Source of the DNA: Heterodontus francisci
Taxonomy: Eukaryota
DNA: 64,000 bases
Direction of reading: 5' to 3'
Assembly: GCF_036365525.1 (NCBI RefSeq)
Contig: NC_090378.1
Span: 124,481,593 to 124,545,592, forward strand
The notes beneath the pieces are model-generated. The model did no database searches, was not told where the DNA came from, and worked only from the letters and a program-made list of their open reading frames with translations. Position numbers and translations under genes: made by a program. Of this stretch, positions 22,920-35,649 are shown one piece after another (position 1 is the first letter of the stretch; each line of letters starts with the position of its first letter).

Positions 22920-24395
22920 CAAATCACGAAACTGGAAAGACGTGATCGAGAAATGTCTACAGATTAATTCTGACACACTGCAAGATCTTCACACCAATGT
23001 TCGAAATGAGCTCACTGTTACAACTACATCTGATCTCATATTACACAACAACTGTATGGTCATTCCACACTCATTAAGAGAATGTGTTGTTAATAAAGGA
23101 CACCAGGGAATAGTCACTAGCAAACAACTCCTTAGGCAAATGGTTTGGGTTCCAGGAATGAACTGCATGGCAGTGATAAAATCAATCAGTGTTTACCATG
23201 TCAACTACCCACAATGTCAAATCTTCATGATCCTCTCGTGATGTCTGAACTACCTCCAGGACCAGGGATTGTGTCAGTGTTGATTTCACAGATTTACCCA
23301 CAGGTGAACACCTGCTTGTTGTTACTGACGACTACAGCAGATTCCCAATCGTGGAATTAGTTAAGTCAACTCCAACAAAAGCAGTGATTCCAAAGCTTGA
23401 CCAGATCTTTACCTTGTTTGGAATTCCTCAAACAGTAAGAAGTGACAATGAACCCCCATTCAACAGCAATGAGTTCAGTAAATTCACAAACTACCTAGTG
23501 TTCACTCATAGGGAAATCACACCCCATTGGCCAAGAGCTAATGGAGAAGTCGAGACATTTATGTGAACCTTGAAAATAATGATACGTACAGCTACAGCTG
23601 TGAACAAGTCATGGGAGCAAGAGTTCTATCACTTTCTTCATAATTACAGAGTGACTCCAAACTCAACTACTGGAAAACCTCCAGTTACTCTCATCTTTAC
23701 ACATCCTCTGTGCACACGTCTTCCTCAATTACCCTATGGAGATAATGATCAACATATACATCAACACGATCGATATCAGAAGGATAGATTGAAGGTAAAT
23801 GCAGAACGAAACATGAAACTTCGAGGCTACACCACTAAAACCAGGTGATAAAGTACTTGTGAAACGTGATGGTCATGTTGGAAAACAAACAACCCCTTAT
23901 AACATCCAACCATTTGTTGTGACCAGCACAAAAGGATCAATGATCACTGCTGAGCACGATTCACAAATTATCACAAGAAACGTGTCATTCTTCAAACACT
24001 GAAAACACCTCTTGTAAACATTGAATCCAATTTCAGCATCGACACCTCCGATGAAGAACATGAGTTAAATGAGACTTCACCTGATGTCAGACAATATCCT
24101 ACTTGTGAGAGAAAATGCCCATCATACATAGGTGACTACATAACGAAGTGAACTATTTATGTGTAAGTTTATACTTTACATTTTTGGAAACAAACCATTG
24201 ACACATACTACATCTCTCATTTACTGAGAAGGGGAGGAATGTCGTGTTGCAGTGTTTTGAAATTGCATTGTACATTTTGTTAACTTGAAGCCACTGCAGA
24301 ACACACAGGCTAGCAAAGGGAAAGTGGAAATAAAACAGAATAAAGAAGAAGCCTTTGTGTTTAACAGCCTGCAGTCTCAGTCTCACATATCTCAT
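22920..24395 (+). mobile_element. Ty3/Gypsy LTR retrotransposon relic: integrase, PPT and short 3' LTR
   Basis: Frameshifted HQGIVTSKQLLRQMVW, a CxxC motif, DDYSRFPIVE, FGIPQTVRSDNEPPF, ITPHWPRANGEVE and YRVTPNSTTGKPP. Polypurine tract GAGAAGGGGAGGAA (24226-24239) is immediately followed by TGT at 24240 and a downstream AATAAA. Confidence 0.85.
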
Positions 24396-25369
24396 CCTAA
24401 ACTCGGCTAAACCTCACTAAGGCCCGAGGACGTCACTCTCCGTTGGGCTGGAGTGGGCTGTGAGTGATTGGGCAGTGGAGAGGATCGTCACCCTCTTGGC
24501 ATCGTGAGGGCAGAAGAACAGGGGGCGAGGCTGCCACGGACAATTGGGTGGCCATGTGACCAGCGGGAAGGCAGCCAGGCCTCTGGCTTTGCTGGACCAT
24601 TATGTAAATCAAGTGCTCTGTGTTCTCCCACTCTGCAGTATGAGCACTCAAACAGCGGCCACAGGAATGGCTGCCGTGGTGAGTTTAAATTGGACTCACA
24701 ACTGAGCTGCCCCCCAAAACCCCCGTTCCTGCATTAATTAACTGGTCACCACTGTGAAACCCAGAACTCATTTCTGTTTTCCCCCAGGGACGGGTTTGGG
24801 ACCCGGAAACAGTCCCGATGTCCGTTTCCTGCCCCCGATATGAAAATCCAGCCCCATCCACCTGATTGGACAGATTTAAAGAGGGAAGTCTGGGGAAAAT
24901 GGGCACAGAGTAATGAGGCAAAAATACATTCACACTTTGGAGAGGAAAGGGAGATGAGTGATGGGGTAGTTTACAAGGACACATTGGTTGAGTGTGGATT
25001 TTTTGAGGTGATGGTGATGATGATGATTTTGAGAGCGAGGGGGTCATTACCTGTGGAAAGCCCGAACCTCTGATACCTGAACTCTCCCAGTGAAGCTTTC
25101 CCTCGGCTACTTTATCTCTCTCATCATGGCTCCAAACTGTAATCTGAATAATTCCAACGGTTTTCCCTCTGTTTCCTTGTTTTCCTTATTATTCCAAACA
25201 TATTCCCCTCTGAGTCAGGAATATTTACCTGATCGATGTTGTAATTTTTCTGTCACTACTTTCCATTAATGTCATCAGCTTTTACCATCGAATCCGAGAA
25301 TCACACAACACTGCAGGAGGCCATTCAGCCCCTCGGGCCTGTTGTTGGAATCTGCTTTGATCTACATTT

Positions 25370-25716
25370 TTTTAATTCTTTCTTGGGATGTGGGTGCCGC
25401 TGGCCAGGCCAGCATTTATTGCCCATCCCTAATTGCCCTTGAGAAGGTGGTGGTGAGCTGCCTTCTTGAACTGCTGCAGTCCGTGTGGTGTAGGTGAACC
25501 CACAGTGCTGTTAGGAAGGGAGTTCCAGGATTTTGACCCAGTGACAGTGAAGGAACAGCGATATACTTCCAGGTCAGGATGGTGTGTGGATTGGAGGGGA
25601 AATTACAGGTGGTGCTGTTCCCATGTATTTGCTGCCCTTGTCCTTCTTGGTGGTAGAGTTCGTGGGTTTGGAAGGTGCTGTCGAAGGAGACTTGGTGCGT
25701 TGCTGCAGTGCATCTT
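25370..25716 (-). mobile_element. 3' end of CR1/L2-group LINE (family of 15055-15907)
   Basis: Reverse complement of the same 3' region (TGGGATGTGGG...CAGCATTTATTGCCCATCCC). Confidence 0.85.
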
Positions 25717-25739
25717 GTTTATTTTGAAGGAAGCCTTTA

Positions 25740-28535
25740 TACCCCAGGCCCCTGTTATTTTGCTGAGGGGGCCTTTATTCCTCAGGTCCCCTTTGAAATG
25801 CATTTTATAAAATAACTTGATTAAAAACAGATAAATAGAACAAAAATCTAATTAAAATGCCATTCTCAGCATTGATGATGCACTCCAGCCCCTGCGATGA
25901 CCACCGGTCGCAGAAGGCCTCAATTGAACCCGCGGACACCGCTTGCTCCTTCTCCAGGGACACCCAGGCGTGAACATAACCTGGGAAGAGGAGCAGGCAA
26001 TCAAGGCGGATGGACCACCTGACGGTCCGCAGCCTGGACCTGTGAATTGCCAACTTGGCCAGGCCCAGGAGCAGACCCATGAGGAGATCCTTCCCCCGGC
26101 CCACGCCCCTCCGCCCCGGGTGGCCAAAGATCAGGAACGTGGGACTGAAGTGCAGCCAAAACTTGAGGAGCAGCCCCTTCAAGTACTCAAAGAGGGGCAG
26201 CAACCTCGCACATTCCATATAAACATGGAACACAAACTTGTCCAGGCTGCAGAAATTACAGGCGGCCTGGGGGTCCGTGAACCTACTTAAAAGACTAGTG
26301 CATGGGACTGCCCTGTGCAGCACCCTCCACCCCAGGTCCCCCATGTAAAGGGGGAAGACTCCTGCTTAGAGAGACCTCCACTGTGGTTTCCCCTCGCTGC
26401 CAGATGTCAACACGGACTGCCAGGCCATGTCCGGCCCGCTGACGAGGGCGAGGAAGTAGAGAGTGTGCAGGAATAGCCTGGACAGAAAACACCTCCACGC
26501 CGATTGGAATGGCACGGAGGGCATTTCCAAGAAGCGGCTCGGTTTGTGCGAGACCGGCTCCCGAGGACGGTTTTGGGGCCTCGGTCCGATGAGCAGTTCC
26601 GCCGAATGGGGCTCAGTTCTGCTGGGAACGCTTCGCTCTCCCGTGTCCCCTCGTCACCTGCAATGAGGGGCGTCCCAGAGGCTTCAGCTACTCCTTCACC
26701 CATTGGTCCGTCGCCGGAGCTGGCCACCAGGACAGCCGAGGCGTTCTCCTCCGCCAACGAGGGAACGCGCTGACTGGAGGCGACCATGTTCCAGACTCTG
26801 AATAGATCCCGGTAAAAGACAGGCAACTCCCTCAGAGAGGCACAGCTAACGTTCTCCACTGGGAGCTGCGTGTTGTCTTAAAGGCAGTGCCCTTGGCAGC
26901 ACACCCCATCTGGGAGGTAGCTCCGTGTACAGGGTCTGAAGGCGGAGCTTCACAGCCTGGGTCCAGACGCATACCAGCGACTGGCCGCCCTCCTCAATTG
27001 GGAGACTCAGGACCGCAGCAGAGACCCAGTGTTTCCTCTTGCCCCAGAAGAAATCGACGAGCTTCTTCTGGATCTTGGTGGCAAATGCAGGGGGCGGAGC
27101 CAAAATGGCCAACCATACCACAGCATCAAGGCCACCAGTTGGTTTATGACCAGCGCACGGCCCCTGTCGGAAAGAACTCGGAGCAGTCCTGTCCAGCGCC
27201 CCAGCCAACTGGTGACTTTCGCCTCCAATTCCTGCCAGTTTGCCGGCCAGGCTTCCTCAGCGGGGCGAAGTTGGAGTCCCAGATAGAGGAGGTGCATGGT
27301 GCTCCACGCAAAAGGTGTCAACTCCTCCGGCAGTGAGTCGACCCGCCACTGACCCACCAGGAATCTGGAATATTTCTCCCAACTGATCCTTGGGGAGGAC
27401 GTGGGAAAGGTCTGCCGGCAGTCACGCATCCTCCGCAAGTCAATGGGACCTATGATCGTGAGGAGCACGTCATCGGCGTAAGCCAAGAGGACAACCTGCA
27501 TGGCCAGCCCTTCAACTTCCTGTGAAGCAAGCACAGGAATGGCCCCACACAGATGGTGTACAATTGGCTGGAAATGAGGCATCCCTGGCGCACTCCTCTC
27601 CCAAAGCGAAGGGGCAGCGTCAAGGACCAGTTAACTTTGACCAGACACTCTGCAGTGACGTATAAAAATCGTACCCGGGCCACAAAATGTGGCCCAAGTC
27701 TGAATGCGCGCAGAGCCCTGAAAAGGTATTCTTGATCCAAACTGTCGAACGCCTTCTCCTGATCAAGGGAGAGAAAGGCGATCAACAGAGCAATCCTCTG
27801 GAAAAGCTGGATCAGGTCTCGGACGAGGAGGATGTTGTCCTGGATGGACAGGCCCTGAATATTGTAGAACTGGTCGGGGTGGATCATGTGGGCCAGCACA
27901 GAGCCCAGGCTGGTACTGAGGTCGGAGACCGGACTTTAAGCAAGTGGAGATTGCGCCTCTTCAGCAGCAGGACGATGACCGACCTGCACCACGAGAGGGG
28001 CATCTCGCCGGTCGCCTGCATTTCCACCAACACCCACACGTAATCGTCCCCCAGAACCCATGCATAATCGTCCCCCAGGATGTCCCAGAACATCCTGAGG
28101 AACTCCACGGTCAGCCCATCCAGCCCCAGGGAGTTGCCCTTCGCGAGCTGGTGCAGGGCACCAGTCAGCTCTGCCAACGTGAGCGGGGTCTCCAATCCTT
28201 TGGCACCGTCCGGGCTGACCTGCGGCAGGTCCTCCCACAAAACTCTGCTTGCATCCTCGTTGGATGGATCCGGAGAGAATAACACACTGTAATAGGTGTG
28301 GACCAGGAGGCCCATTCCCTCCCGATTCGTGATGGAGGATCCGTCATCAGACAGCAGCTCAACGAGCTGCTTAATGACGCCCTGCCATTTTTCCAGCGAG
28401 TAGAAGAAGGGTCATGCGTGGTCCAAATCTTCCAGTATCTGGATCCACGACCTCAGGGACACGCCTCGGACTCTACTAGCTGCAGGTCCCTCAGCGCGCC
28501 CTTCTTCTCTTTGTACACCTGCCAAAGGGCCGGGT
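25740..28535 (-). mobile_element. Degenerate Tx1/L1-clade LINE ORF2
   Basis: Frameshifted GLDGLTVEF, IHPDQ, FLSLDQEKAFD, GVRQGC, AYADD, GRALVINQLV, DLGWRVLHRAV and CNFC...HVYMEC zinc knuckle. Confidence 0.9.
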
Positions 28536-31500
28536 CCATCTGGACATTGTGTTCTGTCCCAGGGCAGCTCCATCTGGACATTGTGTTCCATCCCAGGGCA
28601 GCTCCATCTGGACATTGTGTTCTTCCCCAGGGCAGCTCCATCTGGACATTGTGTTCTTCCCCAGGGCAGCTCCATCTGGACATTGTGTTCTCCCCCAGGG
28701 CAGCTCCATCTGGACATTGTGTTCCATCCCAGGGCAGCTCCATCTGGACATTGTGTTCTTCCCCAGGACAGCTCCATCTGGACATTGTGTTCTGTCCCAG
28801 GGCAGCTCCATCTGGACATTGTGTTCTGTCCCAGGGCAGCTCCATCTGGACATTGTGTTCCATCCCAGGGCAGCTCCATCTGGACATTGTGTTCTTCCCC
28901 AGGACAGCTCCATCTGGACATTGTGTTCTGTCCCAGGGCAGCTCCATCTGGACATTGTGTTCTGTCCCAGGGCAGCTCCATCTGGACATTGTGTTCTGTC
29001 CCAGGGCAGCTCCATCTGGACATTGTGTTCCATCCCAGGGCAGCTCCATCTGGACATTGTGTTCTTCCCCAGGGCAGCTCCATCTGGACATTGTGTTCTT
29101 CCCCAGGGCAGCTCCATCTGGACATTGTGTTCTGTCCCAGGGCAGCTCCATCTGGACATTGTGTTCTGTCCCAGGGCAGCTCCATCTGGACATTGTGTTC
29201 TGTCCCATGGCAGCTCCATTTGGACATTGTGTTCACCCCCAGGGCAGCTCCATCTGGACATTGTGTTCACCCCCCGGGCAGCTCCATCTGGACATTCTGT
29301 TCTTCCCCAGGGCAGCTCCATCTGGACATTGTGTTCTGTCCCAGGGCAGCTCCATCTGGACATTGTGTTCTTCCCCAGGGCAGCACCATCTAGACATTGT
29401 GTTCTTCCCCAGGGCAGCTCCATCTGGACATTGTGTTCTGTCCCAGGGCAGCTCCATCTGGACATTGTGTTCACCCCCAGGGCAGCTCCATCTGGACATT
29501 GTGTTCACCCCCAGGGCAGCTCCATCTGGACATTGTGTTCACCCCCCGGGCAGCTCCATCTGGACATTGTGTTCTGTCCCAGGACAGCTCCTTCTGGACA
29601 TTGTGTTCTTCCCCAGGACAGCTCCATCTGGACATTGTGTTCTGTCCCAGGACAGCTCCATCTGGACATTGTGTTCTTCCCCAGGACAGCTCCATCTGGA
29701 CATTGTGTTCTGTCCCAGGACAGCTCCATCTGGACATTGTGTTCTTCCCCAGGGCAGCTCCATCTGGACATTGTGTTCTTCCCCAGGGCAGCTCCTTCTG
29801 GACATTGTGTTCTTCCCCAGGACAGCTCCATCTGGACATTGTGTTCACCCCCCGGGCAGCTCCATCTGGACATTGTGTTCTGTCCCAGGACAGCTCCTTC
29901 TGGACATTGTGTTCTTCCCCAGGACAGCTCCATCTGGACATTGTGTTCTTCCCCAGGGCAGCTCCATCTGGACATTGTGTTCTTCCCCAGGACAGCTCCA
30001 TCTGGACATTGTGTTCTCCCCCAGGGCAGCTCCATCTGGACATTGTGTTCACCCCCAGGGCAGCTCCATCTGGACATTGTGTTCACCCCCAGGACAGCTC
30101 CATCTGGACATTGTGTTCTGTCCCAGGGCAGCTCCATCTGGACATTGTGTTCTGTCCCAGGGCAGCTCCATCTGGACATTGTGTTCTGTCCCAGGGCAGC
30201 TCCATCTGGACATTGTGTTCTGTCCCAGGGCAGCTCCATCTGGACATTGTGTTCTTCCCCAGGGCAGCTCCATCTGGACATTGTGTTCACCCCCAGGACA
30301 GCTCCATCTGGACATTGTGTTCTGTCCCAGGGCAGCTCCATCTGGACATTGTGTTCTGTCCCAGGGCAGCTCCATCTGGACATTGTGTTCTGTCCCAGGG
30401 CAGTTCCATCTGGACATTGTGTTCTGTCCCAGAGCAGCTCCATCTGGACATTGTGTTCTGTCCCAGGGCAGCTCCATCTGGACATTGTGTTCTGTCCCAG
30501 GGCAGCTCCATCTGGACATTGTGTTCTGTCCCAGGGCAGCTCCATCTGGACATTGTGTTCTGTCTCAGGGCAGCTCCATCTGGACATTGTGTTCTGTCCC
30601 AGGGCAGCTCCATCTGGACATTGTGTTCTGTCCCAGGGCAGCTCCATCTGGACATTGTGTTCTGTCCCAGGGCAGCTCCATCTGGACATTGTGTTCTTCC
30701 CCAGAGCAGCTCCATCTGGACATTGTGTTCTGTCCCAGGACAGCTCCATCTGGACATTGTGTTCTTCCCCAGGACAGCTCCATCTGGACATTGTGTTCTG
30801 TCCCAGGACAGCTCCATCTGGACATTGTGTTCTTCCCCAGGGCAGCTCCATCTGGACATTGTGTTCTGTCCCAGGACAGCTCCTTCTGGACATTGTGTTC
30901 TTCCCCAGGGCAGCTCCATCTGGACATTGTGTTCTTCCCCAGGACAGCTCCTTCTGGACATTGTGTTCTTCCCCAGGGCAGCTCCATCTGGACATTGTGT
31001 TCTTCCCCAGGGCAGCTCCATCTGGACATTGTGTTCTTCCCCAGGGCAGCTCCATCTGGACATTGTGTTCTTCCCCAGGACAGCTCCATCTGGACATTGT
31101 GTTCACCCCCCGGGCAGCTCCATCTGGACATTGTGTTCTGTCCCAGGACAGCTCCTTCTGGACATTGTGTTCTTCCCCAGGACAGCTCCATCTGGACATT
31201 GTGTTCTTCCCCAGGACAGCTCCATCTGGACATTGTGTTCACCCCCCGGGCAGCTCCATCTGGACATTGTGTTCTGTCCCAGGACAGCTCCTTCTGGACA
31301 TTGTGTTCTTCCCCAGGACAGCTCCATCTGGACATTGTGTTCTTCCCCAGGGCAGCTCCATCTGGACATTGTGTTCTGTCCCAGGGCAGCTCCATCTGGA
31401 CATTGTGTTCTGTCCCAGGGCAGCTCCATCTGGACATTGTGTTCTGTCCCAGGGCAGCTCCATCTGGACATTGTGTTCTGTCCCATAGCAGCTCCATCTG

Positions 31501-32081
31501 GACATTGTGTTCCGTCCCAGGGCAGCTCCATCTGGACATTGTGTTCTCCCCCAGGGCAGCTTCATCTTGACATTGTGTTCTCACCCAGGGCAGCTCCATC
31601 TGGACATTGTGTTCTGTCCCAGGGCAGCTCCATCTGGACATTGTGTTCTGTCCCAGGGCAGCTCCATCTGGACATTGTGTTCTCCCCCAGGGCAGCTTCA
31701 TCTGGACATTGTGTTCTGTCCCAGGGTAGCTCCATCTGGACATTGTGTTCTGTCCCAGGACAGCTCCATCTGGACATTGTGTTCTGTCCCAGGGCATTTC
31801 CATCTGGACATTGTGTTCTCCCCGAGGGCAGCTTCATCTTGACATTGTGTTCTGTCCCAGGGCAGCTCCATCTGGACATTGTGTTCTGTCCCAGGGCAGC
31901 TCCATCTGGACATTGTGTTCTGTCCCATAGCAGCTCCATCTGGACATTGTGTTCCGTCCCAGGGCAGCTCCATCTGGACATTGTGTTCTCCCCCAGGGCA
32001 GCTCCATCTGGACATTGTGTTCTGTCCCAGGGCAGCTCCATCTGGACATTGTGTTCTGTCCCAGGGCAGCTCCATCTGGAC
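28535..32081. repeat. 34-bp tandem minisatellite (~104 copies)
   Basis: Unit CCCAGGGCAGCTCCATCTGGACATTGTGTTCTGT, largely stop-free in most frames. Confidence 0.97.
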
Positions 32082-32999
32082 TTTCTCCCAAAGTTAAACT
32101 TCACATAGTATTCCACACAAATTACAATGTTGTCTGTCTCTAGAAGATTCATGGTGAAATGTCCAGCTCTCTGACTCTGTGCTGTTCTCCCATGTGAATT
32201 ACACTGCACCACTGGGTAACAATACATCCTGGTATGTTGGTTGCTCCCATGTCCTTTTTGGCCATTGAGCATTCACAATGTCCATTAAGGAAAGGAGCTC
32301 TGGTTACTGGAGAACAGTGAGTTTGGAAGTTGTGACTGAGACCTTTCTCTGATTGTTGTGTCTTCTGAGAGTTGGAACTGGTGAGTCTGATTGTACATCA
32401 GAACCAGCATCAGTCAGATTCAATGTTAGGAGGTTGAGCGATGGAATTACTTTCCAGTTTTAAGGCACAATTATCGGCCACTGGAACTCTGTATAAATTC
32501 TACAATAGTGTAACAGGACAAGATTCCAGGTCTCAGACTTAGCAATGAGCTGAAAAGTCACAGAAAGGTGCAGACAAAAAGCAAGTTCCAGGTCTACAGC
32601 ACTCTCATTGACAGAACGCAACCTCCCAGTGCTTACAGTCCACAGGAGACAGGGAAAACTGGGATAGAAACTTGGAAAATTTACAAGTTTCTTCCTCAAA
32701 CCAGGAACAACCCATACACCACTTTTTTGTTCAGTCCCCAGTTATACACAGAATGCATTGCAGTCTCATGTTTTGTTCATTTAAAACTAAACCTGTCTCT
32801 CATTCTGTAATTTGATCTTTGTTATGGGTACGGTGATGAAGTGGATATGATACTCAACTAGGAATCCAGTGGACTAATAATCCAAAGTGTGGGAGTTCAA
32901 ATCCCACAATGGCTGTGAGAATCATAGGCTCATTGAATGGTTACAACACAGAAGGAGGCCATTCGGCCTGTCATATCTGTGCCAGCTTTTTCCAAAAGG

Positions 33000-34132
33000 C
33001 ATAAAGACAGCATTTGACTGGGTACGGCATCAAGGAGCCCCAGTAAAACTGGAGTCAAGGGGAATCGGGGAAATCTCTCTGCTGGTTGGAGTCATACCGA
33101 GCATAACAGAAGATGGCTGTTGTTGTTGGTGGTCAGTCATCTCATCTCCAGGACATCACTGCAGGAGTTCCTCAGGGTAGTGCCCCAGGTTCATCCATCT
33201 TCAGCTGCTTCATCAAAGAGCTTCCTTCAATCATAAGATCAGAAGTGGGGATGTTCATTGATAATTGCACAATGTTCAGTTTCATTCATAACTCCTCAGA
33301 TACTGAAGCAGTCCATGTAGAAATGCAGCAAGACCTGGACAATATCCAGGCTTGGGCTGATAAGTGGCAAGTAACATTCGAGCCACACAAGTGCCAGGCA
33401 ATGACCATCTCCAACAAGAAGAATCCAACCAACATTCAATGGCATTACAATCGCTGAATCCCTCACTATCAACATCCTGGGAGTTACCATTGACCAGAAA
33501 CTTAACTGAAGTAGCCATATAAATACCGTGGCTACAAGAGCAGGTCAGAGGCTAGGAATCCTGCAGTGAGTAACGCACCTCCTGACTCCCCAAAGCCTGC
33601 CCACAAGGCACAAGTCAGGAGTGTGATGGAATACCCTCCACTTGCCTGAATGGGTGCAGTTCCAACAACACTCAAGAAGCTCGACACCATCCAGGACAAC
33701 GCAGCTTCTTGATTGGCACCTCATCCACAAACATTCATGCCTTCCGTCACCGAATAACAGTGGCAGCAGTGTGTACCATCTACAAGATGCACTGCAGCAA
33801 TGCACCAAGGCTCCTTAGACAGCACCTTCCAAATCCGCGACCTCTACCAACCAGAAGGACAAGGGCAGCAAATACATGGGAACACCACCACCTGCAAGTT
33901 CCCCTCCAAGTCACACACCATCCTGATTTGGAACTGTACCGCCGTTCCTTCACTGACGGAGGGTCAAAAACCTGGAACTCTCTTCCTAACACCACTGTGG
34001 GTGTACCTACCCCAAATGGACTGCAGTGGTTCAAGAAGGCAGCTCACCACCACCTTCTCAAGGGCAATTAGAATGATCAATAAATGCTGGCTTAGCCAGC
34101 AACATCCACATCCCATGAACGAATGAAATAAA
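33000..34132 (+). mobile_element. 5'-truncated CR1/L2-group LINE (RT to 3' end)
   Basis: IKTAFDWVRHQG, AGVPQGSAPG..FIKELP..MFIDNCT, and tail CACATCCCATGAACGAATGAAATAAAA. Confidence 0.87.
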
Positions 34133-34134
34133 AG

Positions 34135-34365
34135 CAACTCAACTCATCCCACTCCCCTGCCTTTTCCCCATAGCCCTGCAAATCGTTTCTCTTCAGGTGT
34201 TTATCCAATCCCCTTCCGAAAGCCCCGATTGAATCAGCCTCCACCATACTCTCAGACAGTTCATTCCAGATCCTGACCACTCTCTGGGTAAAACAGTTTT
34301 TCCTCATGTCATCATTGGTTCCTTTACCAACCTCCTTAAATTGGTGTCCTATTCCTCCACACAGC
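34135..34365 (-). mobile_element. CR1 3' fragment
   Basis: MRKNCFTQRVVRIWNELSESMVEADS. Confidence 0.8.
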
Positions 34366-34714
34366 GGGTCTTTCTCTCTCTCCAGGCAGGTCACAGCCAA
34401 ATTCCAAAAATGCCTGCTCTTTGTCCAACTCATTGGGTTTAAAAAGTGTCAAAAGTGAAAGCAAACCTTCCTGAACCAATCACATGACAAGACAGTCTCT
34501 CCAGTCATTCAAAGTGTTGCTCTGAGGAGGTCAAAACCCCTTGCTGTTTCCTTGAAACTGTCTGCTTCCCAGTTTTTTTGTACAGAGTCAACATCCAAAA
34601 GGTTCAGCTATTTGCAGGTCAATGTCCACTGAGTGAAAGTCCTTTTCTCAGTTTTTAAAACACACAGAATTCTAAGTTCTGAGTACAAAAAGTAAAATTC
34701 TTGTTACACTACGC

Positions 34715-35625
34715 TGAAGACAGTGCTGCAGGTGATCAGGAACAATGAGGGGAAATATGACTATTATATACACAAAATGAAGGCTCATGCTAAGACAGAG
34801 GTGAGATGGGGAGGAAATGAGAAAGAAGGCATACTAGCAAAGAAAGGCGCTATAGGAGGAGAGTCTTGGGCTCCCATGGAAGAACTGGGAGAAATAGCAA
34901 TGATGGCAGTGGTTGAGCCAGTGAGAGTGAGTGATCTTATAGAAGTGAAAAAGTTGGATCCAGCACTCAGGGAGGTGTTAAACAAACTAGAAAAGGAGGA
35001 GACTGTTGAGAGACCCTGTGGAAGAGCTGAAATGGGAATTAAAGAAGGGATGTTATTTAAAAATGACAAGTGGGTGGTGCCTACAACACAGAGGGAAGAT
35101 TTTCTCTGATTAGTACATGGAGGGACCAGGAGCAGGACATCCTAGTGCAGAGGGAACATGGAAAAGAGTGAATGTGGTGGGATGGTGGCCTCATCAGACA
35201 GAGGATGCGGAGGATTTTTTCATAATTGTTGATTTGTGCAGCCAATAATCCAGACCTACAGAGGAGAAAGGCACCTTTGGGGCACACCCAAAGATTAGAA
35301 GGACCTTGGCAGTGTGCATATAGATTTGATAGAATCTCTTCCAACTTCCAGCAGTGGGAATAAATACTGTTTATTCTGGTTGATAACTTCACCAAATGGG
35401 TTGAGGCAGTTCCATGTAACGCAGCTACCCACTGAAGTATCTCGAAAATCCTGGTGAAGGAGATATTCTCCAGAAGGTGACTACCACGGATCATGGGATC
35501 AGATCAGGAAAGACACTTTACTGGAAAGGGAATGCCAGTGACTTTGAAACTGCTGGATATTGAAGGGAAATAGCACATAAATCATAATCCACAGTCCTCA
35601 GTAATTGTAGAGCACATGAATAAAA
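34715..35625 (+). mobile_element. Retrovirus-like/LTR-element pol relic (RNase H C-terminus plus integrase)
   Basis: HKMKAHAK...GNEKEGILAKKGA (RNase H end), then WVVP..LVH..GH, WWPH, CLICAANN (HHCC zinc finger), GPWQ, DNFTKWVEAVP, SDQERHFTG and HNPQSSVIVEHMNKT across stops and frameshifts. Confidence 0.8.
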
Positions 35626-35649
35626 CCCAATCGGCCCGTCATTTCTGTG

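Noticed and set aside
28298-32272. Overlapping 900-1090 aa ORFs in nearly all frames
   Set aside because: They are translations of the 34-bp minisatellite, and the same peptide cycles through all three frames.
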